This document shows positions 1-9,618 of a stretch of 64,000 bases of DNA, piece after piece; the stretch's first letter is position 1, and each line of letters starts with the position of its first letter. A model generated the notes under the pieces. The model worked only from the letters and a program-made list of their open reading frames with translations, did not search any database and was not told the DNA's origin. Source of the stretch: Candidatus Thorarchaeota archaeon (GTDB lineage Archaea; Asgardarchaeota; Thorarchaeia; Thorarchaeales; Thorarchaeaceae); NCBI GenBank assembly GCA_046482545.1, contig JAWOEX010000024.1:1-64000 (forward strand), written 5' to 3'. Both the position numbers and the translations under genes were made by a program.

Positions 1-176
1 CCGGGTCAGGGCAGGAGACAGAAGCCGAGACCGAAGGAGGGACCGTGTCCTGATGATGGCGGTCAAAGCCCGTGCTTGGCCGGGGGTAGCGCTCCGGTAT
101 GGCGGCGACGCTGGGCAAGGAAAGGGTGGAACACAGGAGTTTCCTCAGTTGGGTTCACTCACTCAACTGTAAGAAA
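1..176 (+). repeat. Dispersed GC-rich structured non-coding repeat, copy 1 (cut by window start)
   Basis: Aligns by eye with 4520-4691 (about 23 mismatches plus a 4-nt indel over ~172 nt); conserved hairpins. Confidence 0.9.
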
Positions 177-180
177 CATG

Positions 181-1116
181 TTATCCAGAAAGCAACCGGA
201 CTTCTTCAAGTCCGATATATCCTGGTACAAGTAAGATACTGGCCACAAGGAATGGATTCTCGCTTTGCAGTCCCTTTTCTGCAAGAATACGAAAGTTGCG
301 TATAACTACATCATTTGAGGTTCCGGTTAGAGCTTTGTAGACTTGGGGTGTCTTTGCCTTCAAATCGAACTTGATTGTTCCACCGGTTTGAAGCACGATA
401 TCTGCTATTTCATCCAAGTACTTCTGTGAAATCTTGCCGTTGGTCTCATAACACACACGAACTTGATGACCTTGATTCAGTAACCGCGAGGTGGTTAGTG
501 AATGCTTTGCATTACAAGAAGGGTCTCCCCCGAAATAGCAGACGCAAGATGTCTTCTCATCAGCGACGGCAGTTAACTCTTGTGGTGACATGAGCGGGCT
601 TCCCTCAACCATCATCCTTCGATAGCTCGTATTCTGACAGAATAGGCAATCAGAATTACAGGACCCGTAGAATACTGCAAGGTTCTTGAGCCTAGAATTC
701 CAATGATAGCTACTATCATTTCTTACCGGGCAGACCCAATCGGCGACACAATTGGTAGGGATAGGATCAAAGTACCAGCGAACAATAGATTTCTCGCCAT
801 GTTTTTCGACGATTATACCGTCCTCCACCCGGCGAAGATGGCAGAATCCTGTCTCTCCCTCGTTCATCCTGCAGTGATTGGCGCATTCTTGACACACCAT
901 CTGGCCATCCGAGGGAATATTTTCCGGAAACCCTTGATTCCGCCGGATTTCTCTATGGTGTTCCATGCTGTGATCTATAGCGTTAGGAATCGTCGCGAGA
1001 CACTCTGGACAATAGCCTATCGATTGGGATACTATTCTGCTCTGATGGTTTGGGCATATCATCATATATCTGTTCTCGACTTGGTGGGATGAATCTTCCT
1101 TTTTCAGAACAACCAT
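181..1116 (-). CDS. Radical SAM protein, PFL-activating-enzyme-like (COG1180-like); probably C-terminally truncated
   Basis: CNSDCLFC (CxxxCxxC) motif, CYFGGDP, ETNG, KFDLKA; stops soon after LLVPGY..EEV, directly against the repeat. Confidence 0.8.
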   Translation of the reverse strand: MVVLKKEDSSHQVENRYMMICPNHQSRIVSQSIGYCPECLATIPNAIDHSMEHHREIRRNQGFPENIPSDGQMVCQECANHCRMNEGETGFCHLRRVEDGIIVEKHGEKSIVRWYFDPIPTNCVADWVCPVRNDSSYHWNSRLKNLAVFYGSCNSDCLFCQNTSYRRMMVEGSPLMSPQELTAVADEKTSCVCYFGGDPSCNAKHSLTTSRLLNQGHQVRVCYETNGKISQKYLDEIADIVLQTGGTIKFDLKAKTPQVYKALTGTSNDVVIRNFRILAEKGLQSENPFLVASILLVPGYIGLEEVRLLSG

Positions 1117-1162
1117 GTAAAAACCGATTTAAGTACTGATACTCCTAAAGGCTGCACAGTCG

Positions 1163-1753
1163 GTGCATGGATTGACAGCTTCCAAAGAAAGCTCTGTTGT
1201 AGATATCGATGAGGTTGACATGGACTTCGTTGATTTGATAAAGAAAGCAGGTGGTCCTAACCTCCAGAGTTGCTACCAGTGCGGTACATGCAGTGGTAGC
1301 TGTCCTGCTGGGGCAAGGACCAACTATCTTGTTCGTGATATCATTAGAAAGGCATTACTTGGACTGAAAGAGGAATGTGTCTCCGTTACGGAGTTGTGGT
1401 ATTGTACTACATGCTATGCTTGTACTGACAGATGTCCGCAGGATGTAAAACCAACAGATGTAATCAAAGCTATTAGGAACATTGCTGTTGCTGAAGGTTA
1501 CATGCTGAAAAACCATCAGAAAGTCGCTGTTAAGGTCATTGAGACAGGGCATGCTGTTCCACTCGACAAGGAGATGTGGCAGCAATTAAGAGAGAAGGTT
1601 GGCTTGGAAGCTATTCCTCCAAATGCAAGTGCCAACCCATGGGCTATAGAAGAGGTTCAAAAATTGAGTGAAATTTGCAAATTTGACAAGCTCATTGGTT
1701 ACCAAGAATTCTTGAAGGCGGAAGAAGAGAAAAAGAAGGAGAAGGAGGGTTGA
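1163..1753 (+). CDS. hdrC: Heterodisulfide reductase subunit C
   Basis: CYQCGTCSGSCP and WYCTTCYACTDRCP ferredoxin motifs; upstream of hdrB. Confidence 0.9.
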   Translation: MHGLTASKESSVVDIDEVDMDFVDLIKKAGGPNLQSCYQCGTCSGSCPAGARTNYLVRDIIRKALLGLKEECVSVTELWYCTTCYACTDRCPQDVKPTDVIKAIRNIAVAEGYMLKNHQKVAVKVIETGHAVPLDKEMWQQLREKVGLEAIPPNASANPWAIEEVQKLSEICKFDKLIGYQEFLKAEEEKKKEKEG

Positions 1754-1757
1754 AGAA

Positions 1758-2669
1758 ATGGCAGATAAACCCGCCTTTATGCACTTCCTCGGTTGCATTA
1801 TCCCTCATAGATATCCTAGTGTAGAGAGTGCCACCCGACTCATTTTTCCAGATTTGGGCATGGACCTACTTGATATGGAAGGAGCAACGTGTTGCCCAGC
1901 TCCTGGGGTCTTTGGTTCTTTTGATCGCGTGACATGGGCTACAGTTGCTGCAAGAAACCTAACCATCGCAGAGGAAAGCGGCAATCCGATAACGACTGGA
2001 TGCAATGGCTGCTTTGCGAGTCTTTGGGAGGCAAATCACGAGCTGAAAGAAGATGAAGAATTCCGGAAAAGAGTAAATGAGAATCTTGCTGAAATCGATA
2101 GGGAGTTCAAGGGCACGATTGAAGTAACACATTACGTGGATGCCCTCTATGATACTGCTGGTTTAGAAAAGATACGAAATCGAGTAAGCAGGTCTTTTGA
2201 AGGTGTCAGAATGGCGTTACATCCTGGCTGTCATTGGATGCGTCCGAAGCTTGTCAAAAAGAAAGATGAAAGCGAACGGCCACATATCTTTAGAGAATTA
2301 TGTGAAACAACAGGCGCGAAGTATGTTCCATATAAGGATGAACTCATGTGTTGCGGAGCCGGTGGTGCTGTTAGGACGGCTGATCTTGAAGTTGCACTCG
2401 ACTTCACAAAGCAGAAATTTGATAGTATTCTAGATGCTGGTGGGGCTGATGTAATAGTCACACCCTGTCCATTTTGCCAGCTTCAGCTTGACCTCGGTCA
2501 GGTTGAAATACAGAAGCATTTTGGCGAGGAATACGTTTTTGACGTGATGCATGTATCTGAGTTTCTTGCACTTGCTTTCGGTCATGAACCCGATGAGTTT
2601 GGATTGGCCACCCACCTTCAATACATGCAGAGGAAGAGTGAGCCCAACTGGGCGCAGATTCTTATGTAG
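1758..2669 (+). CDS. hdrB: Heterodisulfide reductase subunit B
   Basis: FLGC, CCPAPG, GCNGC, HPGCH, CCGAGG, TPCPFC: two CCG domains. Confidence 0.95.
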   Translation: MADKPAFMHFLGCIIPHRYPSVESATRLIFPDLGMDLLDMEGATCCPAPGVFGSFDRVTWATVAARNLTIAEESGNPITTGCNGCFASLWEANHELKEDEEFRKRVNENLAEIDREFKGTIEVTHYVDALYDTAGLEKIRNRVSRSFEGVRMALHPGCHWMRPKLVKKKDESERPHIFRELCETTGAKYVPYKDELMCCGAGGAVRTADLEVALDFTKQKFDSILDAGGADVIVTPCPFCQLQLDLGQVEIQKHFGEEYVFDVMHVSEFLALAFGHEPDEFGLATHLQYMQRKSEPNWAQILM

Positions 2670-2767
2670 ACCCACGCTGATGAGCCTACTAACACACAGC
2701 TAGAATCTGGTAAATCATTGACCGATGGCTTTGTATTGTCAAATGAGTACCCTGAGATGATGTAATT

Positions 2768-3094
2768 ATGACCAAAGTAGATTACGAACTCTTTGTAGCA
2801 GACCCCGGTGATGGATACGGTGTGAAGTTTGCTCTTCGTACTGAATATAACAAACAGCTTGTGAAATCGATTAAGGCAATGGATTGGCAGCTATCCCATA
2901 GGGGATGGGATCAGTATGAGAGTGTTTGGCGATTTGACATAAACGATTACACTATAGATGAGCTTCGCCGATTGGGCGTGGACGTTCCTGATTTAGAAAT
3001 ATGCAAGCAAGCAGTGGACGCTTTGTCAAACGAAGATAGCGATTCTTCAGATGACCCTTTCCCAATTAAGGGAGAGCTTGAAGTCTTCGCATGA
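2768..3094 (+). CDS. Stand-alone HARP-domain-like protein
   Basis: F.L...YN..LV..IK.M....R.WD....VWRF pattern resembles HARP (SMARCAL1/UvsY-like) domains. Confidence 0.55.
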   Translation: MTKVDYELFVADPGDGYGVKFALRTEYNKQLVKSIKAMDWQLSHRGWDQYESVWRFDINDYTIDELRRLGVDVPDLEICKQAVDALSNEDSDSSDDPFPIKGELEVFA

Positions 3095-3177
3095 TGAATT
3101 GCTAGACAGAACCTAATGGAATACTCTATAGGCCCTTAATTACTCTCGTACTCAAGAGAATAATTGAGGTCCTTAGC

Positions 3178-4005
3178 GTGAAGACGCAATCTGCAAAACT
3201 AGCCGAAAGCACAGTCTTTGTTGTTGGACTGGCCGGACGATATAAAGTCGACAAGATAAAACGTCTAGTTTCCGCTCTCAAAGAAATCCTTAGTCATGAA
3301 ATCCACATGAGTGCAACCTCTGTTGGTCTCTCAATCAAGCAGCTTAATCTTGCAAAAACAATCTTAGTTGATGTTGAGATTCCTGAAAATTTTTTCTACC
3401 GATATGAGATTACCGAATCAAGTGGATTGTTTGCAGTTGATGCTCAGAGAATGACAGAACTGGTAGAACAAGCCAATTCAAGGCTAACTTTTTCGCTAAG
3501 GGAATGTAAATCAGAAGTCGAATTGCTATGTGAGTGGAAGGATGGCAGTGCAACTTTACCTGTTTTCGAGGCGGCTGATGAAGCAAAAAGCCCGAGTTTA
3601 AATCCCACAATCAAAGCATCTCTAATCGCCAAGAATCTGAAGACGTCACTGAAGATGATTGATTCCGATTATTTCACACTTAGAGCATCCGCGCCGTTCT
3701 CTGAGCTTCTTCTCATTCAGGATAACGAATCCGGCATTAAGGAGAAACGGATTCGACGTGGTGGCGGTCTTTTGTCTTTAGCGCATCTAAAGAACGGAAT
3801 TCAGGATGATAGGGATGAAAGAGACTCTGAAGATATGGTTGAAGCAAATGTTTCAGCAGTCTATTCAACAAAAGCAGTACTCAATATGCTCAAACTCTGG
3901 CCTGCTGAATCTCGTGTAACTCTTGAGTTTGATACGAATAGACCTTTAGCTTTGAAATTCAGATTCGGAAAATTGATTCTTGCGCCAAGAGTTCTACGAG
4001 AATAA
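3178..4005 (+). CDS. Divergent PCNA-like DNA sliding clamp
   Basis: PCNA length; IKRLVSALKEI..GLSIKQL..LVDVEIPENFF.RY; C-terminal V.L.F...RPL.L...LILAPRV. Confidence 0.75.
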   Translation: MKTQSAKLAESTVFVVGLAGRYKVDKIKRLVSALKEILSHEIHMSATSVGLSIKQLNLAKTILVDVEIPENFFYRYEITESSGLFAVDAQRMTELVEQANSRLTFSLRECKSEVELLCEWKDGSATLPVFEAADEAKSPSLNPTIKASLIAKNLKTSLKMIDSDYFTLRASAPFSELLLIQDNESGIKEKRIRRGGGLLSLAHLKNGIQDDRDERDSEDMVEANVSAVYSTKAVLNMLKLWPAESRVTLEFDTNRPLALKFRFGKLILAPRVLRE

Positions 4006-4282
4006 TGAATGCTACCTATCGTAAGAAATGCTGCTCTGAATCTTACCCCTCTTCAATCAAGAATAAACACATATCTGCCGCTACTCTCTACGAATAGGGC
4101 CTTTGAAGATCTTCACTTTCACCTCGATATCACTGAGATCATCAATCATTTTTGATTTCCGACTTGACTGCTGCTTCAGCCGCGAAACATACATTCGGGT
4201 GAACAAACGTGTCGCCTTCATAACACTGAGAGATTATCTGGGCAATATTAAGTCGTACGTTAACTATTGCCAACAACCTTCC

Positions 4283-4691
4283 ATTTGGCGCGTTCGGGAA
4301 AGGAAAAGTACCCATTCGAATGCAACAGCTGGATAGCCCTCTTGGTATCGCCAGTGAGGCCACTTTGTTTTGGTGTTTCAGCAGGCCCTGGAGAGTTCGC
4401 GGCTATTTGCTTTGTCCAACTGCACCTGCCCAGCTTTGGTGATGGGGCTGGAGAGAGCGATGATAACCCCGCCGTGGCAAAAGCTGTAGAAACACTTACT
4501 GCCTCCGGGGGTGATGTGTCCGGGTCAGGATAGGAGACAGAAGCCAGGACCGAGGGAGGGTACGTGTCCTGATGATGGCGGTCAAAGCCCTTGCTAGACC
4601 GGGGGTGGCGCCTCGGTGTGGCGGCGATACTGGGCAGGGGAAGGGTGGAATACAGAATTTTCCTTAGTTGTGTTCACTCAACTGTAAGAAA
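4283..4691 (+). repeat. GC-rich structured non-coding element, copy 2 (candidate ncRNA or non-autonomous mobile element); left boundary approximate
   Basis: 4520-4691 homologous to 1-176; further hairpins upstream (e.g. CCAGCTTT/GGGGCTGG); no credible CDS. Confidence 0.7.
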
Positions 4692-4760
4692 GGGGTTATA
4701 GCCAAGCTTTTATCATCTTGCTGGAAACTGGCTGATTATCTCCCCGGAGTGAAAAAGGAT

Positions 4761-7700
4761 ATGGGAATGGCAGACTCGAAACCTGTTGTCATCATTGGCG
4801 CTGGAATTGCAGGCATGCGAGCCGCACTAGACCTTGCCGACATGGGAGCTAGCGTGTATCTTGTTGAGAAGGAACCGTCAATCGGGGGCCACATGGCACA
4901 GCTGGACAAGACTTTCCCCACCCTTGATTGCGCGATGTGCATACAAGGTCCTTGGATGGTTGATATTTCCCGCCATCCCAATATTGAACTCCTTGCTTAT
5001 TCTGAAGTCACTGATGTCTCAGGAGAACAAGGCGATTTTGTGGTCAAGGTTCTCAAACATACGCGACGAGTTGACCCTGAGAAATGTACTGGCTGCGGCG
5101 ACTGTATGCGTATGTGTCCGATTGAAGTTCCAAACGAGTATGATCTTGGCTTGAAAATGAGGAAAGCAGCTTACATACCTTTTCCACAGGCCGTTCCGAA
5201 TGTAGCAACAATCGATATCGATAATTGCATTGAGTGCATGACTTGTGCTCGAACGTGCAAGGCAGAAGCAATCAACTTTGATATATCCGATGAAGAAATT
5301 GAAATCAACGCGGGAGCTATCATTCTTGCAACAGGATACAAGCTTCTTGATCCTGCTACCGTTCCTGAGTATGGATATGGCAGACTAGCAAACGTTGTCA
5401 GTGCGCTCGAGTACGAACGGATGGTCTCAGCCAGTGGGCCCACTAAGGGAGTAGTCATGCGCCCCTCGGATGGAAAAGAACCGGAGAACATCGCATTTGT
5501 GCAGTGTGTGGGTTCGCGTGACGTAAATCACTGTGCCTATTGCTCCAGGATATGTTGTACCTACGCCACTAAAGAGGCAATAATTACCAAGGAACATACA
5601 CCAGATGTCAATATTGACATTCTCTACAATGACCTTCGAGCTTTCGGAAAAGGGTTCGAGGAGTTTATCGTACGAGCAGAAAATGAATACGGTGTCAACT
5701 ATGTCAAAGGTCTTCCTAGTGAAATTGTCGAAGATTTGGCAACAACAAACCTCGTAGTCCGCCATAGTAATACAGGTGGGCATGAAGTCTTGGAAGATCA
5801 GTATGATTTGGTTGTCCTTTGTCCTGCGATGCTTCCAAACAACAGCCCCTCACTAGTAAATGCACTGGGTATCAAAACTGACGATTATGGGTTTGTTGCT
5901 GTTAGTAACCCAGATGTTGAAACGGCTGAAACTTCTGTCCCGGGCATCTATATGTGTGGTTCATGCCATCATCCTAAAGACATACCCGATTCAGTTGCTC
6001 ATGGAAGTGCTGCAGCAGCTTTAGCTGCAAACGATATCACTTTACCAAAAGAAGAAACCCAATCTATTCAAGAATCTGATCTTGAACTCATAGCAGAAAA
6101 TCCACGAATTGGGGTCTTCATCTGTTCATGTGGAATCAACATTGCTGGCACGGTTGATGTGGATGAGGTAACCCAGTATGCCGGAACCCTGCCCAATGTG
6201 GTTCATGCTGAGAATCTCCTCTATTCATGTTCTTCTGATTCACAGATCGCCATCAAAGAAGCAATTCACGAACACAATCTTAACCGTGTTGTGGTAGCGT
6301 CATGCACCCCTAGAACTCATGAACCTCTTTTCCGCGAAACAATCGAAGAAGCAGGGTTGAATAAGTACCTCTTCGAGATGGCTAATATTAGAGAACATTG
6401 CTCTTGGATACACCAAACTCAGAAAGACGAAGCCACCTCTAAGGCAACTGATTTGGTTCGAATGGCTGTTGCCAAAGCTTCGTTGCTAGAACCACAAGAG
6501 GAAGAAGTAGTAGAAATCGAGCCTTCAGCGCTTGTTATTGGAGCTGGCATTGCAGGGATGGCTGCTGCCGAAGCAATTGCTGAGAAAGGATTCCAAGTTT
6601 ACTTGGTTGAGAAAGAAGACAAAGTTGGAGGGTTATTGAACGACCTAAGTACTGTGAATTTTGCTCATCAACCGAGTGAGGAAGTTGTAGCCAGGTATGC
6701 AGAGACGGTGACCGACCATCCAAAAATAGAGCTCTTGCTCAGTTCTGAAGTTCTCGATGCCAAGGGTGCAATTGGAGATTTTACCGTTACTGTTCAATCA
6801 GGAGGGGAAGAGCATGAAATCACTGTTGGAGTGGTCATTGTGGCCACCGGTGCTATTCAGCTTGAAGAAAAGGGATTGTATGGTCTGGGTGAACTGCCCG
6901 AAGTGATGACCGAGCTAGAATTCAATCGTCGGGTTCTTGAAGGCGATGGGATTGAAGACGGTGAGACATTCGCTATTATTCATTGTGCAGGTTCACGTGA
7001 GGAAGAATCTTTGGAAGGGGCTAGGACTTGGTGTTCTGGTATCTGCTGTACGGTAGCACTTGAGCACACACTAGAACTGCTTGATGAATACCCTAATTCT
7101 CGGGTCTATCATCTCTACCGCGACCTTCGAGTATCTTATGATGGAGAAGACAAGTACAGGGAGGCTCGGAAGCGAGGTGTTGTCTTTCTGAGATTCAATC
7201 AAGATGCTCCTCCTGAAGTGAAGCAAGGAGAGAAGAGCGAGCTTCGTGTAGAGGTTTTAGATCAAATTCTGGGCGCCAAAATCGCCCTAGATGTTGACCA
7301 TGTCGTGCTTGCAACGGCGATGGTCCCACGAGAATCAAATAAGGATCTCTCAGAGATGTTTAAGATTTCATTGAACATGTCAGGTTTCTTCATGGAAGCA
7401 CACCCCAAACTCCGACCGGTTGATTTTCAGACTGACGGAATATACGTAGCTGGGACAGCTACTGCTCCAAAGTCCATCAATGAGTCCATCGCTCAGGGTC
7501 GCGGCGCAGCTTCTCGCGCGCTGATACCTCTTAGCAATGGTGTTCGAAAGGCAGAAGCCATTGTTTCTGTCGTTGACCCCGAGGTATGCGTTGGGTGTGG
7601 GACCTGTGAAGTGAATTGTTCCTATAATGCCATCGAAGTTGTTCCAGGTGATGGCGGTCACGACTATGCAGTCAGTAACCCCGTGCTCTGTCAGGGATGT

Positions 7701-8213
7701 GGTAAATGTGCCGCCGGCTGTCCGTCAGGCGCTATTACTATGAAGCACTTTACTGACGACCAGATTCTCTCTCAAGTCAGGGCTGCACTGAAAGACATGC
7801 CATCAAACCAGCAAAGAATTTTGACCATAATGTGCAATTGGTGCACCTATGCCGGTGCTGACCAAGCAGGCGTGTCACGATTGCAACAGCCATCCACGGT
7901 ACGAGACATACGGGTGATGTGTACCGGACGGGTTAGTGTAACGCACATTCTTGAAGCGTTTAGAATGGGCGCAGATATCGTGTGGATCTCAGGGTGCCAC
8001 TTCGGTGATTGTCATTACGTTGATGGCAATATCGCGTTTGAGCGGCGTTTCAATATCGCAAAGAAAATCATCGAAAAGGCGGGACTGGATTCAGAACGTC
8101 TCCAGTTCACCCAAATCAGTGCAAGTGAAGGTTCGATATATGCTGATACTGTCAGGGAGCTTACTGAACTGGCGGAGAAGCTTGGACCAAGCCCCCTTAG
8201 AGGAGGACGATAG
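4761..8213 (+). CDS. hdrA: Large tandem-type HdrA with C-terminal MvhD fusion
   Basis: Two GAGIAG FAD motifs, KTFPTLDCAMC, CVGSRD..CSRICC, CSCG, CTPRTHE, ferredoxin motifs; MvhD domain CNWCTYAGAD..RVMCTGR..GCHFGDCHY; start moved to ATG 4761/4767. Confidence 0.93.
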   Translation: MGMADSKPVVIIGAGIAGMRAALDLADMGASVYLVEKEPSIGGHMAQLDKTFPTLDCAMCIQGPWMVDISRHPNIELLAYSEVTDVSGEQGDFVVKVLKHTRRVDPEKCTGCGDCMRMCPIEVPNEYDLGLKMRKAAYIPFPQAVPNVATIDIDNCIECMTCARTCKAEAINFDISDEEIEINAGAIILATGYKLLDPATVPEYGYGRLANVVSALEYERMVSASGPTKGVVMRPSDGKEPENIAFVQCVGSRDVNHCAYCSRICCTYATKEAIITKEHTPDVNIDILYNDLRAFGKGFEEFIVRAENEYGVNYVKGLPSEIVEDLATTNLVVRHSNTGGHEVLEDQYDLVVLCPAMLPNNSPSLVNALGIKTDDYGFVAVSNPDVETAETSVPGIYMCGSCHHPKDIPDSVAHGSAAAALAANDITLPKEETQSIQESDLELIAENPRIGVFICSCGINIAGTVDVDEVTQYAGTLPNVVHAENLLYSCSSDSQIAIKEAIHEHNLNRVVVASCTPRTHEPLFRETIEEAGLNKYLFEMANIREHCSWIHQTQKDEATSKATDLVRMAVAKASLLEPQEEEVVEIEPSALVIGAGIAGMAAAEAIAEKGFQVYLVEKEDKVGGLLNDLSTVNFAHQPSEEVVARYAETVTDHPKIELLLSSEVLDAKGAIGDFTVTVQSGGEEHEITVGVVIVATGAIQLEEKGLYGLGELPEVMTELEFNRRVLEGDGIEDGETFAIIHCAGSREEESLEGARTWCSGICCTVALEHTLELLDEYPNSRVYHLYRDLRVSYDGEDKYREARKRGVVFLRFNQDAPPEVKQGEKSELRVEVLDQILGAKIALDVDHVVLATAMVPRESNKDLSEMFKISLNMSGFFMEAHPKLRPVDFQTDGIYVAGTATAPKSINESIAQGRGAASRALIPLSNGVRKAEAIVSVVDPEVCVGCGTCEVNCSYNAIEVVPGDGGHDYAVSNPVLCQGCGKCAAGCPSGAITMKHFTDDQILSQVRAALKDMPSNQQRILTIMCNWCTYAGADQAGVSRLQQPSTVRDIRVMCTGRVSVTHILEAFRMGADIVWISGCHFGDCHYVDGNIAFERRFNIAKKIIEKAGLDSERLQFTQISASEGSIYADTVRELTELAEKLGPSPLRGGR

Positions 8214-8215
8214 AA

Positions 8216-8734
8216 ATGACTGAAGCATGGGGAACCCTCAAATCATTTGCAGGTAAGACCCTCGAAGCCCTCGACCCCGAATTCACTGAACATGTTTCCC
8301 GACTTATCGGGGGTCAAGACTTGACCGCTTGTTTCCAGTGTGCGAAGTGCAGTGCTGGGTGCCCAGTGAGTGATAAAGTGAATGTACAGATTCACGAAGT
8401 TATGCGAATGCTGGTCATTGGGCTGCCTGAAGTCCTTGATACCGACATGATTTGGCTGTGTACGACATGTTACACTTGCCAAGAACGTTGCCCGCAGGGA
8501 ATCGATATAACCGACATACTCTTCGGGCTGAAGAATATGGCATTCAAGAGAGACAAAGCCCCCCAGGGATATGTTAGTTCAAGACAGCAGCTCTATGATA
8601 CTGGAAAGCTCTATCAGCCAACTGATTGGGAACGAGAAGACCTAGGTTTGGAGGACGTACCTGACTTGGATTTAGATGAAACCAAGAAAATGTTTGAGAA
8701 AACTCGCTTGCTCAAACTAGAGGAGGATGAGTAG
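8216..8734 (+). CDS. hdrC: Heterodisulfide reductase subunit C (second copy)
   Basis: CFQCAKCSAGCP, WLCTTCYTCQERCP. Confidence 0.9.
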   Translation: MTEAWGTLKSFAGKTLEALDPEFTEHVSRLIGGQDLTACFQCAKCSAGCPVSDKVNVQIHEVMRMLVIGLPEVLDTDMIWLCTTCYTCQERCPQGIDITDILFGLKNMAFKRDKAPQGYVSSRQQLYDTGKLYQPTDWEREDLGLEDVPDLDLDETKKMFEKTRLLKLEEDE

Positions 8735-9611
8735 TATGGCTCACGAGTACGAGGTCTTTCTGGGCTGTTCCATTCCCAGTCGGTTCAACAACTATGAAGC
8801 GTCAATGCGTGTCATCGCCGACGAGCTGGATATTAAGCTCCTGGAATTTGACGGTGCATCATGTTGTGGAACTGTCGTTCTCAAGTCGATTGATGCACTT
8901 AGCTGGCTCTCAATGTCAGGACGGAACATCGCGATTGCAGAAAAACGAGGGCACAATATCGTCACTCCTTGCAATGGCTGTTTCGGTTCTCTAAAAGATG
9001 CAGACCACGTTCTGCAAGAGCACGAAGACCAGCGTGACAAACTCAATGAAATTCTCTCTGAAATCGGTTTAGAATATGAAGGCGATACGGCCATTCGCCA
9101 TTTTGTTGACGTCCTTTATGAGCTTAAGGATGAGATTGCGGATAGGATTGTAAACCCCCTTGATGGCCTCAAAATTGCTTTTCATCCGGGCTGTCATCTT
9201 ATACGCCCGTCTAACGTGGCAGAATTTGATGAGCCTGAGTTACCCCGTAAAGTTGACGAGTTGCTGGAACTTACGGGCGCTCGAAGTATTCCGTGGAACT
9301 TGAAGCTTAGATGCTGTGGCTCACCCTTGTTGATTTCCAGCGAGGAAGTAGCTACTGAGATTCTCAAAGAAAAGATGATTGACGCAATAGCCTCCGGCGC
9401 GAATTGTATAGTCACTAATTGTCCTGCATGTCATACACAGTTTGATGTGCAAGTGCTAGGTTTGGAAGACGATGATGGGAACTCCCTTGAATTGCCCGCA
9501 CTTTTTGTAACTCAAGTCCTCGGAGTCGCAATGGGTATCGATTCAAACAAACTCGGATTTGAATTGAACAGAGTCTCACTTGATCCTGTAGCAGATATTC
9601 TCGGCCTGTAG
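8727..9611 (+). CDS. hdrB: Heterodisulfide reductase subunit B (second copy)
   Basis: FLGC, CCG, PCNGC, HPGCH, CCG, NCPAC. Confidence 0.9.
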   Translation: MSSMAHEYEVFLGCSIPSRFNNYEASMRVIADELDIKLLEFDGASCCGTVVLKSIDALSWLSMSGRNIAIAEKRGHNIVTPCNGCFGSLKDADHVLQEHEDQRDKLNEILSEIGLEYEGDTAIRHFVDVLYELKDEIADRIVNPLDGLKIAFHPGCHLIRPSNVAEFDEPELPRKVDELLELTGARSIPWNLKLRCCGSPLLISSEEVATEILKEKMIDAIASGANCIVTNCPACHTQFDVQVLGLEDDDGNSLELPALFVTQVLGVAMGIDSNKLGFELNRVSLDPVADILGL

Positions 9612-9618
9612 ACTCTCT

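Noticed and set aside
2668-2690. CTGATGAG hammerhead core, and a 10-bp match AGACCCACGC to 27252-27261
   Set aside because: No downstream stem-CGAAA; a single 10-mer match is too weak to call an att site.
4260-4665. Long stop-free minus-strand frame and 88-aa plus ORF across the repeat
   Set aside because: No suitable start or recognisable protein; substitutions between copies fit RNA pairing better than codon structure.
4520-4691. SRP RNA, RNase P RNA, SECIS or hammerhead identity for the GC-rich repeat
   Set aside because: Lacks the SRP helix-8 and RNase P P4 consensus. CTGATGA is not followed by stem-GAAA. The SECIS-like 3' GA is not conserved in copy 1.
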